64,000 bases of DNA from Fistulifera solaris (taxonomy: Eukaryota): the NCBI GenBank assembly GCA_030295235.1, contig AP026150.1, positions 1-64,000 on the forward strand, in the 5' to 3' direction. The first letter of the stretch is position 1. Each line of letters starts with the position of its first letter. The translations under genes and the position numbers were made by a program. Shown in pieces: positions 13,095 through 26,300 of the stretch. Under the pieces are notes generated by a model that searched no databases, was not told the DNA's origin, and was given only the letters and a program-made list of their open reading frames with translations.

Positions 13095-14140
13095 CTTTAT
13101 TGAGTTTTTAGCTGAATAGCAGAGTAAGTCACACAAGCGCAGGTGATGGTTTGCATTTATTGAGCGTTGTTGACTTACCTTGAAAGTTTAATACAAGCGA
13201 CGATGTATGCGAAATATTGCGAGCGGAGCGATTTATGCAATGAAAAAATCTTTTGAGAATTTGCCTTGCAATCGCAAGCTCCATGTGTCAAGTACGGTAT
13301 GGTACGTTAGGTTACGATAGACGGTAGGTGTTGGCAGGTCGCACTCGCATGCTCTATGACATTTTTGCGATTTAAGATAGCAGCTACTATTTGTTATTCT
13401 GAGCATGATTCTACAATTCTTCAGGTTTCAAAGGATAAGAAATCAGAGTTCAGATTGGCTTTTTGGAACTGGAACGTCTTTAAAGCTGTTTTTAGTCTTT
13501 ATATCACGGGATCACGGGTGTCACGGAAGATTTAAGACGCAAGTAATGGAACAAAGGCTGTTCCAATCACGAATGTCACATTTGCAATGTGCAATGCGCG
13601 AGTTGGGCGCGAATAGAAGCGAATTACTTGTTCTGTAAAGTTGGCTTGTGGCTGGCTGATTGCCAGTCCCAAGGTGTAAGAGCTAGTTTGAATACGCGAA
13701 TTGCGATATCCGATACCACATACGAGTTCACGTACTAGTAGGATATCCTCGCGAATATTGAAGAAAGCATCCAGCATTTAGTTTCTGAAGCCGAACTCTG
13801 AACTCCGAGAATGGATCGTCTTTCGTCCTACGTTTTTGCAAGCTGCATACTGTCAAGGGTCATGTGTCATGTGTCGATTTTGTCCAAAACCCAAAAGGTA
13901 TTTTGACGGAACACGGAACTGCTTAGTAGAGTAGCCAGTAAGTTGTAAGTTTAACGTTTAACTAAACTCCAGTAACCGGATTACCTTGATCATTGCCGAC
14001 TGCCGACTGCCGACTCTGCCGACTGCCGAGGAACGAGGAGGACGCAGAACGCAGAACGTTTCAGTCAAAATAATCGCCACATAGCACATAGTCACACCCG
14101 TTTACACAGAACACAACGCGAGGAATCCGCGTTAATGTCT

Positions 14141-14310
14141 GTACAAGCATTTTCTCATAAACTAAAGTTCGGCTTTTGACTTGACACGTCTCAAGTTCCA
14201 GTGAAAACGACAGTGAGCGTCAGAGTCTAGACAGCCCGGAGCCAATGACATTCCTCCACAATCCATTCCTATTCGTGACTCGTGTTTTTAAGCCCCTCGC
14301 GGAACTCAAG
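14141..14310 (+). repeat. Conserved non-coding element upstream of CR3; inverted copy at 19665-19806
   Basis: Aligns by eye with the reverse complement of 19665-19806 (e.g. GACAGTGAGCGTCAGAGTC, GTTTTTAAGCCCCTCGC, TTCGGCTTTTGAC). Confidence 0.85.
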
Positions 14311-14540
14311 TTACAAATTTACATGGCTCATCCTTGGTACAAAAGCGGAAAAAATTCTACATACGCATTTTTGTACTATGTAGTATAACTATAACAAAGA
14401 CTGTAGACCGTGTGTCAAACGACAATTACTGCATGCGATGCATTCAGGAATGTGAGGACGTCCAAAGAAAGAGTTGGTTGCAATTTTGGAATGATCAACT
14501 GGGCTCCAAATTGACATTCTCAAAACAAATTACCATCAGG

Positions 14541-15528
14541 ATGCTTTCATTTGGTGTTATCATCTTCCCTGGAGTATTCCTAAATACTGTTTGGGCTTAG
14601 AGGCGGGGATCTCATTGTGAGGTAAAAAAACGTGTCGAAATTTGGCAAGCTTGGGTGCTTTTGATGAAGGATGCAGTGCCACGGCCCCTTCTGTGTCGAT
14701 GCGAAAGGTTTCGGAGTGACTGACGGCAATACTGGAGACCATTGTGCGTATTGCATCCATTTATCTCAACCAAATGGTGTAAACCGCGTGTGCACGAGTG
14801 ACCGAACGCTCAAGAAGATCAATCAGGGTGGCACCATGTACGCCGTGTGTTTCAACACGGTTCTGTCCGACCAGAATCCCAATAAGTTCGATGGTGGCTG
14901 TCTTCCCTTCGCTCCCATATGTGTAGACGATCGAAATAGAAGGCCCAAGCCAGGGAAGCTAGGGACAGCTTGTGTCGCCCAGTGCGTCGACACGAGTCTC
15001 GCTGGGAAAGATCAGGGGTTACGTTTGTTGCTGTTTTGTTCTTTACATACGGGGTAACTGCTACTTTCAATCATTCAACAACAGTGTCTTGATCACTACC
15101 CAACTTGCACGATGCCAGACGGATCGGATCCAGGTCTCGGGAATCCTGGAGTTAAATATGCATGTACTTCAACTTCCTGTGACGATGAAGATTTGTGCAC
15201 GCGCGAGACGTGTCATCCCAAACGTGGTTGTTTGTATAGTTCGGTCTTTCCTGGTTTGGATCCTTTCGAGGAAACCTGTAAAGTAGCTACCGAATGGACG
15301 TGCGAAGAACCTGTTTCGATTTGCACACAATCTTTCATTGACGGTGGTTTTCGTTGCCGATGTCAGTTGGATGTTGAAGGAAAAATCAGTGTGTACGCGA
15401 CACGATCGCTGTCAAATTTTACCTGAATGTACGACGAATGGTGATTGTGGCCCCCAAGGCAAATACGCTTCGACATGTTGCCCTGGCTACACTAGTCACT
15501 ATGTGTGGAAGATTGTGCTTTGACTTAG
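14541..15528 (+). pseudogene. Decayed, inverted paralogue of the Cys-rich repeat family (CR3)
   Basis: Signal-like MLSFGVIIFPGVFLNTVWA followed directly by TAG. Then GDHCAYC, FDGGCLPFAPICV, CVAQCVDTSLAGKDQG, DGSDPGLGNPGVK, CDDEDLCTRETC, CRCQLDVEG, CTTNGDCGP..STCC, with internal deletions, lost Cys and frameshifts. Confidence 0.78.
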
Positions 15529-15736
15529 GCGTCGTTCCTGTTTCAAGAACACTTAAGTAACCTATTTGTGTCAATCTATAAAGAATGACTTTTCAAATGA
15601 GCCATATAACCATTAAATGTAACTGATAAATGTTCCGTAACGACCTGCACATGGATGGCGACGCTGATTTTTTTACTGTAAAGTTCCAGTAAGCTTTGAG
15701 TACCGGCCCTTCACAACAAACTACCCTTTTCTGATT

Positions 15737-16533
15737 TTACTCATCCTTCTGTTGATCCGGACGCGCCTCCGGTGCACGAAGGTGGCGCGTGGGAGGAATG
15801 GGGACGTGGTAGCAACCGGTGTCAGGATCACAAAAGTCGTCCGTGCAAGGATCGCCGTCATTACAAGTCGCAGGAGAGCACTTGGCGCACTTGACTCCAG
15901 GAACTCCGATGCAGGGATCGGATCCATCTGCCAAGACACAGATGGGGAATTTTCGGGAGCACTATTTTTTTAAAAACAGAGATGCAATAATCAGCCGTCA
16001 GAACGAATGCAAATTCATGAAAGTCCATAAGATCACCTATTCAGCAACAAACTTACCCCCTGATCGGAACCAGTGAGGCTCGTATCGACACACTTGGCAA
16101 CGCACTGAGTACCTCGCGTACGTATCGGCGGATCCGCTCCGCTATCGTTGACGCAAACTGGTGCCTCGGGAGGACATCCGTCATCCATGTCGTTGGGGTC
16201 GCTGAACGACTGGAGCGAATTGACGCAGACGGCACAATCTTTTCCTTCCACGTTCGCTGCCAACGGACGATCGCCGACACAGACGCGGAACTCTTCATCG
16301 CAGCCTTCGTCGGGGGCGGTTTGACGGGTGCTCAATGGGAATTGAGAGTTGATGCAAAGAGCGCAGTGATGTCCAGTGACTCCATGGGCCGCAGCACCAT
16401 TCTGATGCACGCAAATGGGAAGATCCTCGGTACAGCAATCATCAATCACGCCTTTACCTTTATCTGTACACGGAGGTTGAGCCACGGTAGACGTCGCAAA
16501 GAAGAGCAAAGCAACAATAGAAGAGAAATGCAT
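15737..16533 (-). CDS. Small secreted Cys-rich repeat protein CR4 (~233 aa; intron 15962-16056); lacks the C-terminal Cys domain
   Basis: Signal peptide MHFSSIVALLFFATSTVA-Q; four repeats; CNDGDPCTDDFCDPDTGC; ends PPTRHLRAPEARPDQQKDE*. Exons of 477 + 225 nt join in frame. Confidence 0.87.
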
Positions 16534-17906
16534 CTGAAAAGGAACTCAAGTGAGAGGGGATCTTTTCGGAATTTTGTAGAAGAGAGAGGGAAAGCAAGCG
16601 ACGATAGCTTACCTTAAATGCTCGATGAAATCAACGCAGTGCGAATTTTGAGTTGATCGAATTTGTGAGATAATTTATTTTTCACGAGATCTGCTCTGAT
16701 CCATCAAGTTCAAAGCATCCAAATGCAGCAGGTTGGTAGACAATCTACGCAATCAATCTCCCACGCGCGAGATGAATGCTGTGTGCTGTGCACACTTCCG
16801 ACCTTTCCGAGTCTTTGACGTTCGAACGGGCAACATTCATTCGAACAGCAAGTTGTGATATGATTACGTAGGGGCAATGACGCAGCGTTTCTTTGGAAAC
16901 AATTGCCGATGATGACACTGGAACTTCTGCGGTCACGAATGAAACAGAGACAATATGAACAAAAACACAGCGCGCGGGTTTTGGTTTGAGGACGTCTCGT
17001 GATTAAGCCCAGCGTTACAGATTACACATACGGTTTGTCATATGCGTTTGACGTTTGGCCAGCATTCAAAACTCAAAACAATGAAAATCGTAAATATCGC
17101 TCAGCTGCCCTCTATAAATAGTTCTCGGTGTCGGACAAATTGAGAGGAGGTCGTTAACCGTTAACCGTTAACGTTAAACCGCAACCCCGAACCCCGAGTG
17201 CTTGAAAGGGCTTAAAAACGGACAAAGCTAGTGAATCACGAATCGCAAATGCAACCTGCCCTCTGCCCTCTACGCAAAAAGCCCGACGTAAGACATACGG
17301 AGTAACACATAATCGCGTTTGCTCGTCAATAAGTTTCTGATCAAAACAACCTAAAGTTGCCGAGAGGCCATAGGGGCTGGCTGTATTGTAAACTACAATG
17401 GACACTAAAAGATTCTTAAATACTGTACTCCGTATTACTTTCTATGTACAAGTTCCTCCATGTTCCAGCGAAAGAAGACATAGAGTTTGAGGGGAATTTG
17501 AACTCACTATAGACACAAAATGTAAATTATTTTTTGCCACGACCGGATTTTTAGTCGTGAGCCATGAGTCGTTTGTTCGTGCACCGTGCACCAAGCGTGC
17601 TGCCATCTTTCTGTTCAACAAAATGTTGTCATTATAGTTATAAAGCCTGTTCCATCGCACAATTAAGCGATTGAAAAGTATAGGAGAAGAAGAAGCATTA
17701 CCATCATCTACAGTAAAAAACTAGAAAAGTCCACGATGGTGACAAACGCTTTTACTTGTACCATTATGTCATTATGTTTTTGTTTGATTTGCCATCGTGA
17801 GCAGTCCTTTCCTGGAACTAATGCATGCAATTGACTGTTTCTCTGTTTTTGGTGTCCTTGTTGATTGAATATATGTAATATAGAAGGCAAGAATGAGTCT
17901 TCGTTC

Positions 17907-18946
17907 TTAGTTTCCGGTCGTGGTCGGACCCGATGGCTGACCGTCAACGCGTGCTTCATCAAATGGGTTATCACCGCATTCGGGCAAACAATGGCCTTCT
18001 CCGCAGCATGTCGAAGCACATCTCGTGCTTTCGGGGCAGTCCGCATTCGAAGTACATTCCACAAGTCCCTCGCAGCTTATGTCTGGCCAGCAGAATGGGG
18101 CACCTTCAGTGTCGACGTCGCACAGACAAAAGTCCACCCCCGAGCAAAGGGGGAAGGGATCGCCACACTGCCAATCCACCGCACCTGCATCACACACGCA
18201 AGAGCCGTTGTCGACGGAGTAGCAACCGAAGTAGGGATCGCAATAGTCGTCCGTGCACGGATTGCCGTCATCGCAGATGGCGGGTGTGCAGAACGAACAT
18301 TTCACTCCAGCGTTCTGATAACCGGGGTCTGTTCCGTCTTCTAAAACGCAATATGGGTAGTTACGGGGACACTTTTCATTGAAACAATAAAATAACCGTG
18401 AGTCAGGACCCGGGCGAAAATTGGACGTTTTTCACAGTAAAGGCACACTACTGGAATACTACTTACCCCAACGTCCAAGCCATAATAATCCGTATCGACG
18501 CAATCTGCAATACATTTGGTCCCTGGCTTTCGCAAAGCCGGTTCCGTGCCGTCATCATTGACACAAATGGGTGCTTCAGGTGGGCATCCATCGTCAATGT
18601 CGTTGGGGTCAATGCTGCTTGGAATCGAATTCACACAAACGGCACAGGCGGTCCCTTCAACATTGGCGGCCAACGGGCGTGCGCCGACGCAAACTCGGAA
18701 GTCGCCGTCGCAACCTTCATCGGGTTCCACTTGCCAGAAGCGATTAGGCTGCTGCGAGTTGATGCACAGAGCGCAATGATGTCCACGGTTGCCACCGACC
18801 ACTTGGCCACCATTGCGGTACACGCAAATGGGTGTTTCTTCATTGCATCGTTGGTCGATTACCCACTGGCCGAGATCACGACAATTAGTTTGAGCCCCGG
18901 CAAGCCCTGCAAACAATAGAGAAAGAAGAATGAAAGGTAGACGCAT
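17907..18946 (-). CDS. Small secreted Cys-rich repeat protein CR5 (~314 aa; intron 18372-18466)
   Basis: Signal peptide MRLPFILLSLLFAGLAGA-Q; four repeats; CDDGNPCTDDYCDPYFGC; CLCDVDTEGAPFCW...CTSNADC...STCCGEGHC. Exons of 480 + 465 nt join in frame. Confidence 0.88.
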
Positions 18947-19664
18947 CTGCAAAGGCATACCCAGTGAGATGGTTTTGGGGAAATGTATTACCTCAACGTG
19001 AGCGATTATTACGTACCTTTAGTATTTGATGATAAAATGTTGAGCAAATATTTGCGAACGGATTGATTTTATGAGATGATCTTGCGTGTGAGATCTGAAT
19101 TGCGAACCGAAAGATCCAAGCTGTCACTCGTAAGCTGCCAGCACGACTTGGCATTTTTGTTCTTCATTGCACCGAGATTCATCAGTGTTCATAGATCTGA
19201 AGATTCAAAAAGAACCATCTTTTGAAAGCGTGATAGCTTTTAGGAATAAGATATCACAAATCAAACAATGGGGCTGAGGTGCAAAGAATGTAAGCACAGG
19301 AATCACGACTCAAGAGGCAATCCGCCAAGCCGAGATAAGTACTTCAAAATGAGATGCGAATCCTTCACACTGCAAAAGAATGCTATCCATGACAAACGGA
19401 AACACCCCGATGTTCATGCTATGCAAATTGCGAAACGAAGCGAACTTGTTCCACGCTCCCTAGGACATAAAAGGGTTTCGAAAACCTTGGATATATTTGC
19501 AGTCGCTGGAACATTTAGGAGCTTGTACGGTGACAACTCGATTTTGTCTAGCTTCTAACTAATCGTGAGATTAGTCGTTTTTTCATCCTTCATGCTAATA
19601 GAGATGGAACGAAATGATTATGTTATGCATCTTAATTTGTAATATTTCCTTTTGGTTTTGTTCC

Positions 19665-19806
19665 GAGTTCTGCGAGGGGCTTAAAAACGACTAGTCACGT
19701 GTAGGAATGGGTCCGGCCTGTCTCGACTCTGACGCTCACTGTCATTCTCACTGGATCTTGAGAGGTGTCAAAAGCCGAAATTTAGTTTGTTAGAATATGC
19801 TTATAC
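19665..19806 (-). repeat. Conserved non-coding element upstream of CR5; inverted copy of 14141-14310
   Basis: Reverse complement aligns to 14141-14310, with one ~20-nt indel. Confidence 0.85.
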
Positions 19807-20393
19807 GGAAGCAATAGTTTGAACGGAGTAATTTCAAAGACAATCCACGATTCAAGAAACTCGTGAGTGAACGGCGAGAAACTAGGGGGTTGTACAGTAC
19901 AAGAAACGAAAACAAACACAAGGGGAAAAACACAAGGTCTTGGCGTGTACGGTACAAGGAAGACCAAGCGTTCTCCTTAGTTTCTTTTGATGGTGTGGTC
20001 CGAGAATCTGTAGGCGGCCGCGATCTCACCGCGTTTTGTATGCAAGCTCAACGTCAAGTTAGAAACAATCCTACTGAGAAAGAAAAGCAAGCGATGTCGC
20101 TAGCAGACTTTTGTTTGTTGGAGGTTGGAGGGCATCGTTTGAGAAGCTTGTGTCATGATTACTTGTCGTCTGTCCGGTACTTGTCATTTAGGTCTGATCT
20201 GTTTCTGAGTACCGATTTCGGAGCATCCTATATCGCTCGTCATCGTCGCTTTTCACAGCAACAAATGCATCCACTTCTCTAACAGCAAGAAGGGCTTTTC
20301 TTATGATTCACTTATTCTTTATGAAATGTTATTCTTTCTGATTGTTCTTATGAAAACATGTTGTGACTTTTCTGCGCTTGATTGTGCGCAAAA

Positions 20394-23300
20394 TTACGCA
20401 AGCGACTGAAATAAATCGCTTGCAGAAAAGAGATCCGTGAAGCCGTCTCCGCTTGCGATGTGTCGATTGGGAAGGCAGTAATCTAAATCGGCTTCCGAGC
20501 TCACTCCCATCCACTCAACAACCCCATTCCACACAGAATCCCAACTGGTGGTAGGAATAATGCGTCCGCGACCGATATTCAGAGGACTGCTTGCCGTAAT
20601 ATCCGAAGGATATTCACCCAATATATTTCCTCCTTTCACATCACCGCCAATAATCCAGTAATGACCTCCCCAAGCGTGGTCGGATCCGGCTCCACTGTTA
20701 CTCGTTATCGTTCTAGCGAAATCAGACGTGACTACAAGAGTTACCTTGTCCCAGACGTTCTTGGCTTTTAATTCTTGTACGAGACAACGCAACGCATCAT
20801 TGAGTTCGAGCAACTTGGTGCGCAAGTTCAGTTTCATTTGATCGTGATGATCCCAACCGGCAATGTCCGTGAAGAAAACTTCACGATTCTTTTGACGTGC
20901 CTGGCGACTGAGAATGAATTTCGAGATCATGGCCATCTTTTCGGAAGTACTGCCCGGAAGCGCGGGCCAGTGGCTTTCCAAAACCGCCGCATCGATTTGC
21001 GCTTTCATCTTGCTGGCTTCCCGGGCACCTTTGACTATTTGTTCGGACCAGGTTTGACCAAACAAGGAACTATGCAAGTGGCTGACAGAATTGAACTCTT
21101 CAACGTGAGATTGAAGGTTGAATGTCTCGACGCTGGGTCGGCGATCGAAAACTGTGGGGCCTTTACGACTGGCTATAACCGGACGCGGCTGTTCGCCCCG
21201 GATCGATTCTGTTACGACGGAGGCTTTGTCGATTGAAATGGAACTCGCTGCAAAGCCTCGATCGGTCAATCGCGACACAAGGCGGCCCAATACACCGGAA
21301 CCGGCGGCCTTATTATGGGGATCTACCGCTTGTGTCGCCCTGGTCATGGCATTGTGAGCAAAGAGACCTATTTTGGTGCGAAAAATGTAATCCTTGCGGT
21401 CAACACCGGCTTGGTCGATCATTCCGGTGTTTGCGAAAAACGTCAGATCGCCATCGTCGTACAGTTCTTTTAACAGGGTCAATTCATCGTGCAAGGCGAA
21501 TTGACTGCACGGCTGTCCCCACTGGGCGTCGACGTCAATGAGCAGCGTCCTTTCGGCTTCCGTAAAAGCCAAATCGCCTCGTTCGGTGGTATACTGGTCG
21601 CGCAACGATGTCCCGGCGGCATTGGCTCCGGTACAGGTGTGAGGAACCAAGACGTTGAACGAATCGTACCCTCCTTCAAGAAGCAAAAAGATAACGGCTT
21701 TGTAGTCGTCTCCGCTGACGGAGGATGACGGTGGAGCTTCCGGTGGAAAAATTCGATTGGTATTTCGCGAAACGGCATTCGTATGGAATTCCGGTGTCGA
21801 AAGAATGACCTCCTGAATTTGAATCATTGCTTGCTGTGGGTTCGATTGTGCAAGAATATCGTCGTAAATTTCAATTAACCTATTTCGCTTGGTTGTTTCC
21901 GACAACAAGCGGCCGGAGGTCAACAAAATAGCGATCTCATCAATGATTTCGGAGGATGAGTCCAGTGCTAGTGAAGGTGAATACGTTAGGTGACCTCGTC
22001 CGTACGTGGAATCGCCGAGCACGCGCAGACGCTCGTTTGTGCTACGACCAATTCCGAAGCCTTCATAAGCATTGTCGAGTCCGTATTTTAGCAGACTGTT
22101 CATTCCGTTGGAAAGAGCCACAGCATTGGGACCGTTAACGACCATGCACTCGGGACAAACGAGTCCGGCGTTGCCAACAGGACCTACATTTCAGATAATG
22201 CGAGAAGGAGATGAGACAAAAACAAACCAGATGATCTTTTTTTCCTCCGTAAAGCTTACCAGAAGGTATGTACTCGGGTAAGAAGAAGGAGAATACATTG
22301 GGAACCTTGTGCGGTTGTTGACCAATCTTGTCCTGCAGATCCACTCCCAAGCGAATAAGGGGGTCAGTCAGGTCAGCTTCAAATTCAAGCGAGCGCAAAA
22401 GTCGGACGAACTTGCCGATTGGCTCTAAGATCGAACCGTGCGCTGGGTCTTTGTCTAGCACAAATGAACGACTTTCCCGGTCCAGTAACAGAGCAGCAAC
22501 CATGGCACCCAAGTCTCCATAACGTCCCGTTCCGAACGAGACGATCTTGTTGGTTGCGCCAAAGGTCTCGTATTTGCCTTGGCGGAATGCCGTTGCAATA
22601 ACGGAAATTAGGCGTGGCGAAGGATTGGAGTTGCCAAATCGCTGGCAAAAACGAATTGCAAGGAATGGGGCAACATTTTGGTGGTACTATAGAGGTAACG
22701 CAATTGAGTTCGACTCATGATCGTCACATTGTGGCAAACAATGGTACGCGCTCGCTAAACTTACGAAATAGTGATCGAGCCCTGCATCAGTCTCGTATGT
22801 GGCATCACGAACCTCTGGATAGCTGAGAGAAATGAAATGCGGTGGGTTGCGAAATGAAAGAGGCATGCTACCGTTTCCTAAAGTGACTATCGAGCGAACG
22901 TTTTTTCGGTACTGACGGATTCCGTTGTCATCCACAACTTCGAATATTGTTGCTTCCGTGTATTGGCCGTCTTTGCTGTGCATGATAACTCCACCGCCTA
23001 AGTTCGTTTTGGTTAGTTGGCCGTTTTCAGGGACGAAGGCCCCGATGAATAGTTGCTCAAGCACCTGTCCGCGTGTTGGCTTTGTTCGGAAAACAACTTC
23101 TTCGGATACATTTGTCGGACAAACACAGAGATTATCCGAAAAGTCTCTTGTACAGCCCAGATTGGCGCATGAATTTTCGTACGACTGTAAAAAGTTTTCG
23201 ACACCGTTGAACCATTCCACGCGGAAATATGTTTTGCTGTCCTCGCGTACGGTGTTTAAGATGCGATTCGGGTCGGTAACGCCAGCGGCTTTGTGCACAA

Positions 23301-26300
23301 TAGCTACTTTCCCCTCGATGTTTATCTTTGCCATCGGATCGCAGGTTCGCTTTGTCCAGAATCCGAGATTGATATCACACGTACTGCAACTCCACCAGGG
23401 ATCGTCACAGAGACCCAGATTCATGGCGGAGCATCTTTGGCTTGCTGTTGAAGATTTTACGATTTCCCCGGCGAATTTTACGGAACTGACGTCTGCACGG
23501 TTAGATCCGCTTCGGCAGCAGCCGACCGTTCCCGCTTCAAGTCTTGGATTGCTGCAAAAGTACCTTCCTGATATTGTTTTGAGCGTTACGCCGTTCTCGT
23601 AAAAGCTCTGCTCGACACACGCTGGTCTCGTGTATTCATAGTACAACCCAGCCTCAACTTCAACGATGCGAGGGGAATCAACCTCGCATTCTCTTCCGCT
23701 GCATGTCAAGGTCTCATCAAGCTCGACAACTCCTTGGTACGTGCATGTTCCGGTACTATCGGCATTACATATTGCAGCAAATAGAGGCGACGAGCTGGAT
23801 AGACGCAATCGTTGAACAGAATGATCCGTGATCCATGCTGAGTTTTGTCCCAGCAACCTTGGTCTAGGCACGGTTCCCAGGAGACGATACTGTGCTCCTT
23901 TGCGCAAAAAGTGCCTTGGTGGTAGATCGGAGCATAGCGGGTAATGATCTCCAACATATTGTCCATTCAGACCCATCTGGAACGAACAAGAATTAGTTTC
24001 GAAAAGGTTAGGGATCCGATGCGGCAGTAAAGCGTTCGGACGTACCTTCGGCGAGAAATCTCGCTTCTGTATTTCAATGCGCATGGGATCAATATCATTT
24101 CTCCCCACAGTCTCAATATTTCCTCTTCTTGGTTGTCGAGTGAAACCCGTGTACAGTCGGGCGTATTCTGTGATGTCGTCGTTCGTGTAAGTTGCAATAG
24201 TATTGCCGCTTGCATCCCTTCGGACGGTCCCATCTTGATTCAATTGATGTAAACCGATCGAGAACAATTGAAGGATCTCGCGAGAAAAATTCTCATCGGC
24301 GAAGACCATGCGGCGGTTTCGCGAATATTCATAGTGGGTTGAAGATTTATCGCGAAAGGAGAGCATCTCACCCATCATAGGTGAGAAAGTGACCTCCTTT
24401 AGAATATCTCGGTAATTTCCAAAAGCATTGCGGACGAATATGTCGTAGTAATGCTACACAATGCAAGAGAAGCGAATAAGGGGAAATTTTGTTGCCGAGG
24501 AAGGGAGTTAAAGGTGAATAACTTACCAGAAAATGCTCTGTTCGACTGGGTGACTCAATTGAACCTGGAGCGACGACAAGAATTTGCGACAAAACCCATG
24601 CCACTTTCTGTCTTAACTGATCATCAGCTTTCACTGCCATTTCCAACCAGATACTCGTTCGCTGCCTCTCTAAGTCGGCTGCACTTGTCGTTCGGTGCCA
24701 CACTGTTTGGGCGTCGAACCCCCCACGAAAGATTGTGTTTCCTTTGACCGGATTAGTGGCTACCTCAAATGGGCTGCCGCAAACCAATTGTGATCCTTCC
24801 AAAGCTTCGCTTAACAATATGTCTTCAAATGATTCGGCAACGGCGGGATTAGCAAGAACTAAAACTGTGTCACCAAGTCGGCCTAGCTCCGTAAGCTTTG
24901 TTTCATAATTGCTGTACCATCGTGACATTTCATGCCATGAAGGGAAGCTCAGCGTATAATTCCCAATGAGAGCAAATTGCTTGATTGGAGCCGGTCCACC
25001 TGGATGTCCATCAACTTTCGTCCATGCGGTGAAGTCGAATACTTGATAATTGGAAGGATGAGTATTCTTCCAGCATTGATTAGTCTTGTCCCGCACTGCA
25101 AAGTCAAACAAGGACACGTCCGAGCTTTTGCAAGTAACACCTAAAGATGGAAAGATGATGTCTCGTAAGAACGGATGCGTGTCGCTCGACCTCGACAAAA
25201 TGTCTTGAAAGGCGTTGAGCGTTTCACTGCCGACTTTGGGTGCATCGCATTCAGTTCCAGCCACAAGAACCCACCGCGACGTTGAACCCGGGGGAGCAAG
25301 GTGGCGTGTAAGGAGCATTTTCTTGTCTCAAACCGGTCACTGCGTAAATATACCGCTCACTGGCCATGAGGACTTTTTCGAAGTTGGTAGTGCTTAGCTC
25401 CACTGTTTCACTGGTGAGAGTGTCTCCTACGCTGCATGCTGATGAAGCATTCGAAGCTGAGAGTCGACAAAATTGTTCGTTGTCGAAGCTCGGTTGGACT
25501 AAAGCGCAAGCAACTCTATAATTCTCGCGATATTGTGCGGTTGCCTGTACTAGATCACCAGCTCCGTTTTCAAGTGGTTGTGTCGGTGTATTTTCTCTTA
25601 ATACAAAGCGGCTATCGTGGATCCAGTATTCACCTTTGTAGGAACCTATAATCGTGATTGTGTTTTCCGTATTCATAGGAATCTCATTGCACGAAGCATC
25701 TGTCAACGGTTCGACAATCATCAGCTCCTGCGGAAAGGCGAAATTGAAGTTGTCCCATTCCACCGTGTAGTCATCCAACGTAAGAACTGGTCGATCTGGT
25801 AGTGTGGTTCCGTTGAAGAAAACAGCCGGTACGCCTATGCGTTTGACCGTGTCGAAAACATTTTCGCATCTGCTTGCAATCCTTAGCTGCAAAGAGGCGT
25901 CGATCGAATTAGTAGGGTGAGTGCACAGCTGATATTCGCCATCGACGAACTCTCGGCCACTGACACTTGCAGCTGCCAGCTTGGTCGTTTTCACAAGAGT
26001 TCGTTTCTGGCCATTGACGAGAAGGAGCTTGCCCTCTGGAACTGTACGAATCTCTACCATTGTATCTCGATCTTTATCACTAAATGCATACTTGCGATAG
26101 CGACTGCCAACTTGACACGGGTGTGTAGTACCCCCTTGGCCGGACGAGTAATCAAAGCGGTGATTCAATCGTTCTCGATAATACTGACGATGCGAAGAGA
26201 CTGGTTGCTCGAATGCCGATGATAGCCACTGAACCGGGTCTTTAAATTGCCACATCGACTCACGTGTAGGCCCAAAAGTCGCTTGTTCCAAGAATCGAGC

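Noticed and set aside
15737..15751. ER-retention signal at the CR4 C-terminus (QKDE*)
   Set aside because: Lacks the terminal Leu of KDEL/HDEL and is not conserved in paralogues
14141..19806. Terminal inverted repeats of a DNA transposon enclosing CR3-CR5
   Set aside because: No transposase or target-site duplication seen; the arms are diverged, a third core copy lies inside, and each copy sits upstream of a paralogue
19863..20282. 139-aa ORF between CR5 and copy B
   Set aside because: Non-ATG start, no motif, no paralogue in the window; unsupported
22925..23602. Long antisense ORFs (also 37431-38015, 49941-50558, 50107-50760, 3180-3653)
   Set aside because: They are shadows of real genes on the opposite strand, with no recognisable motifs of their own
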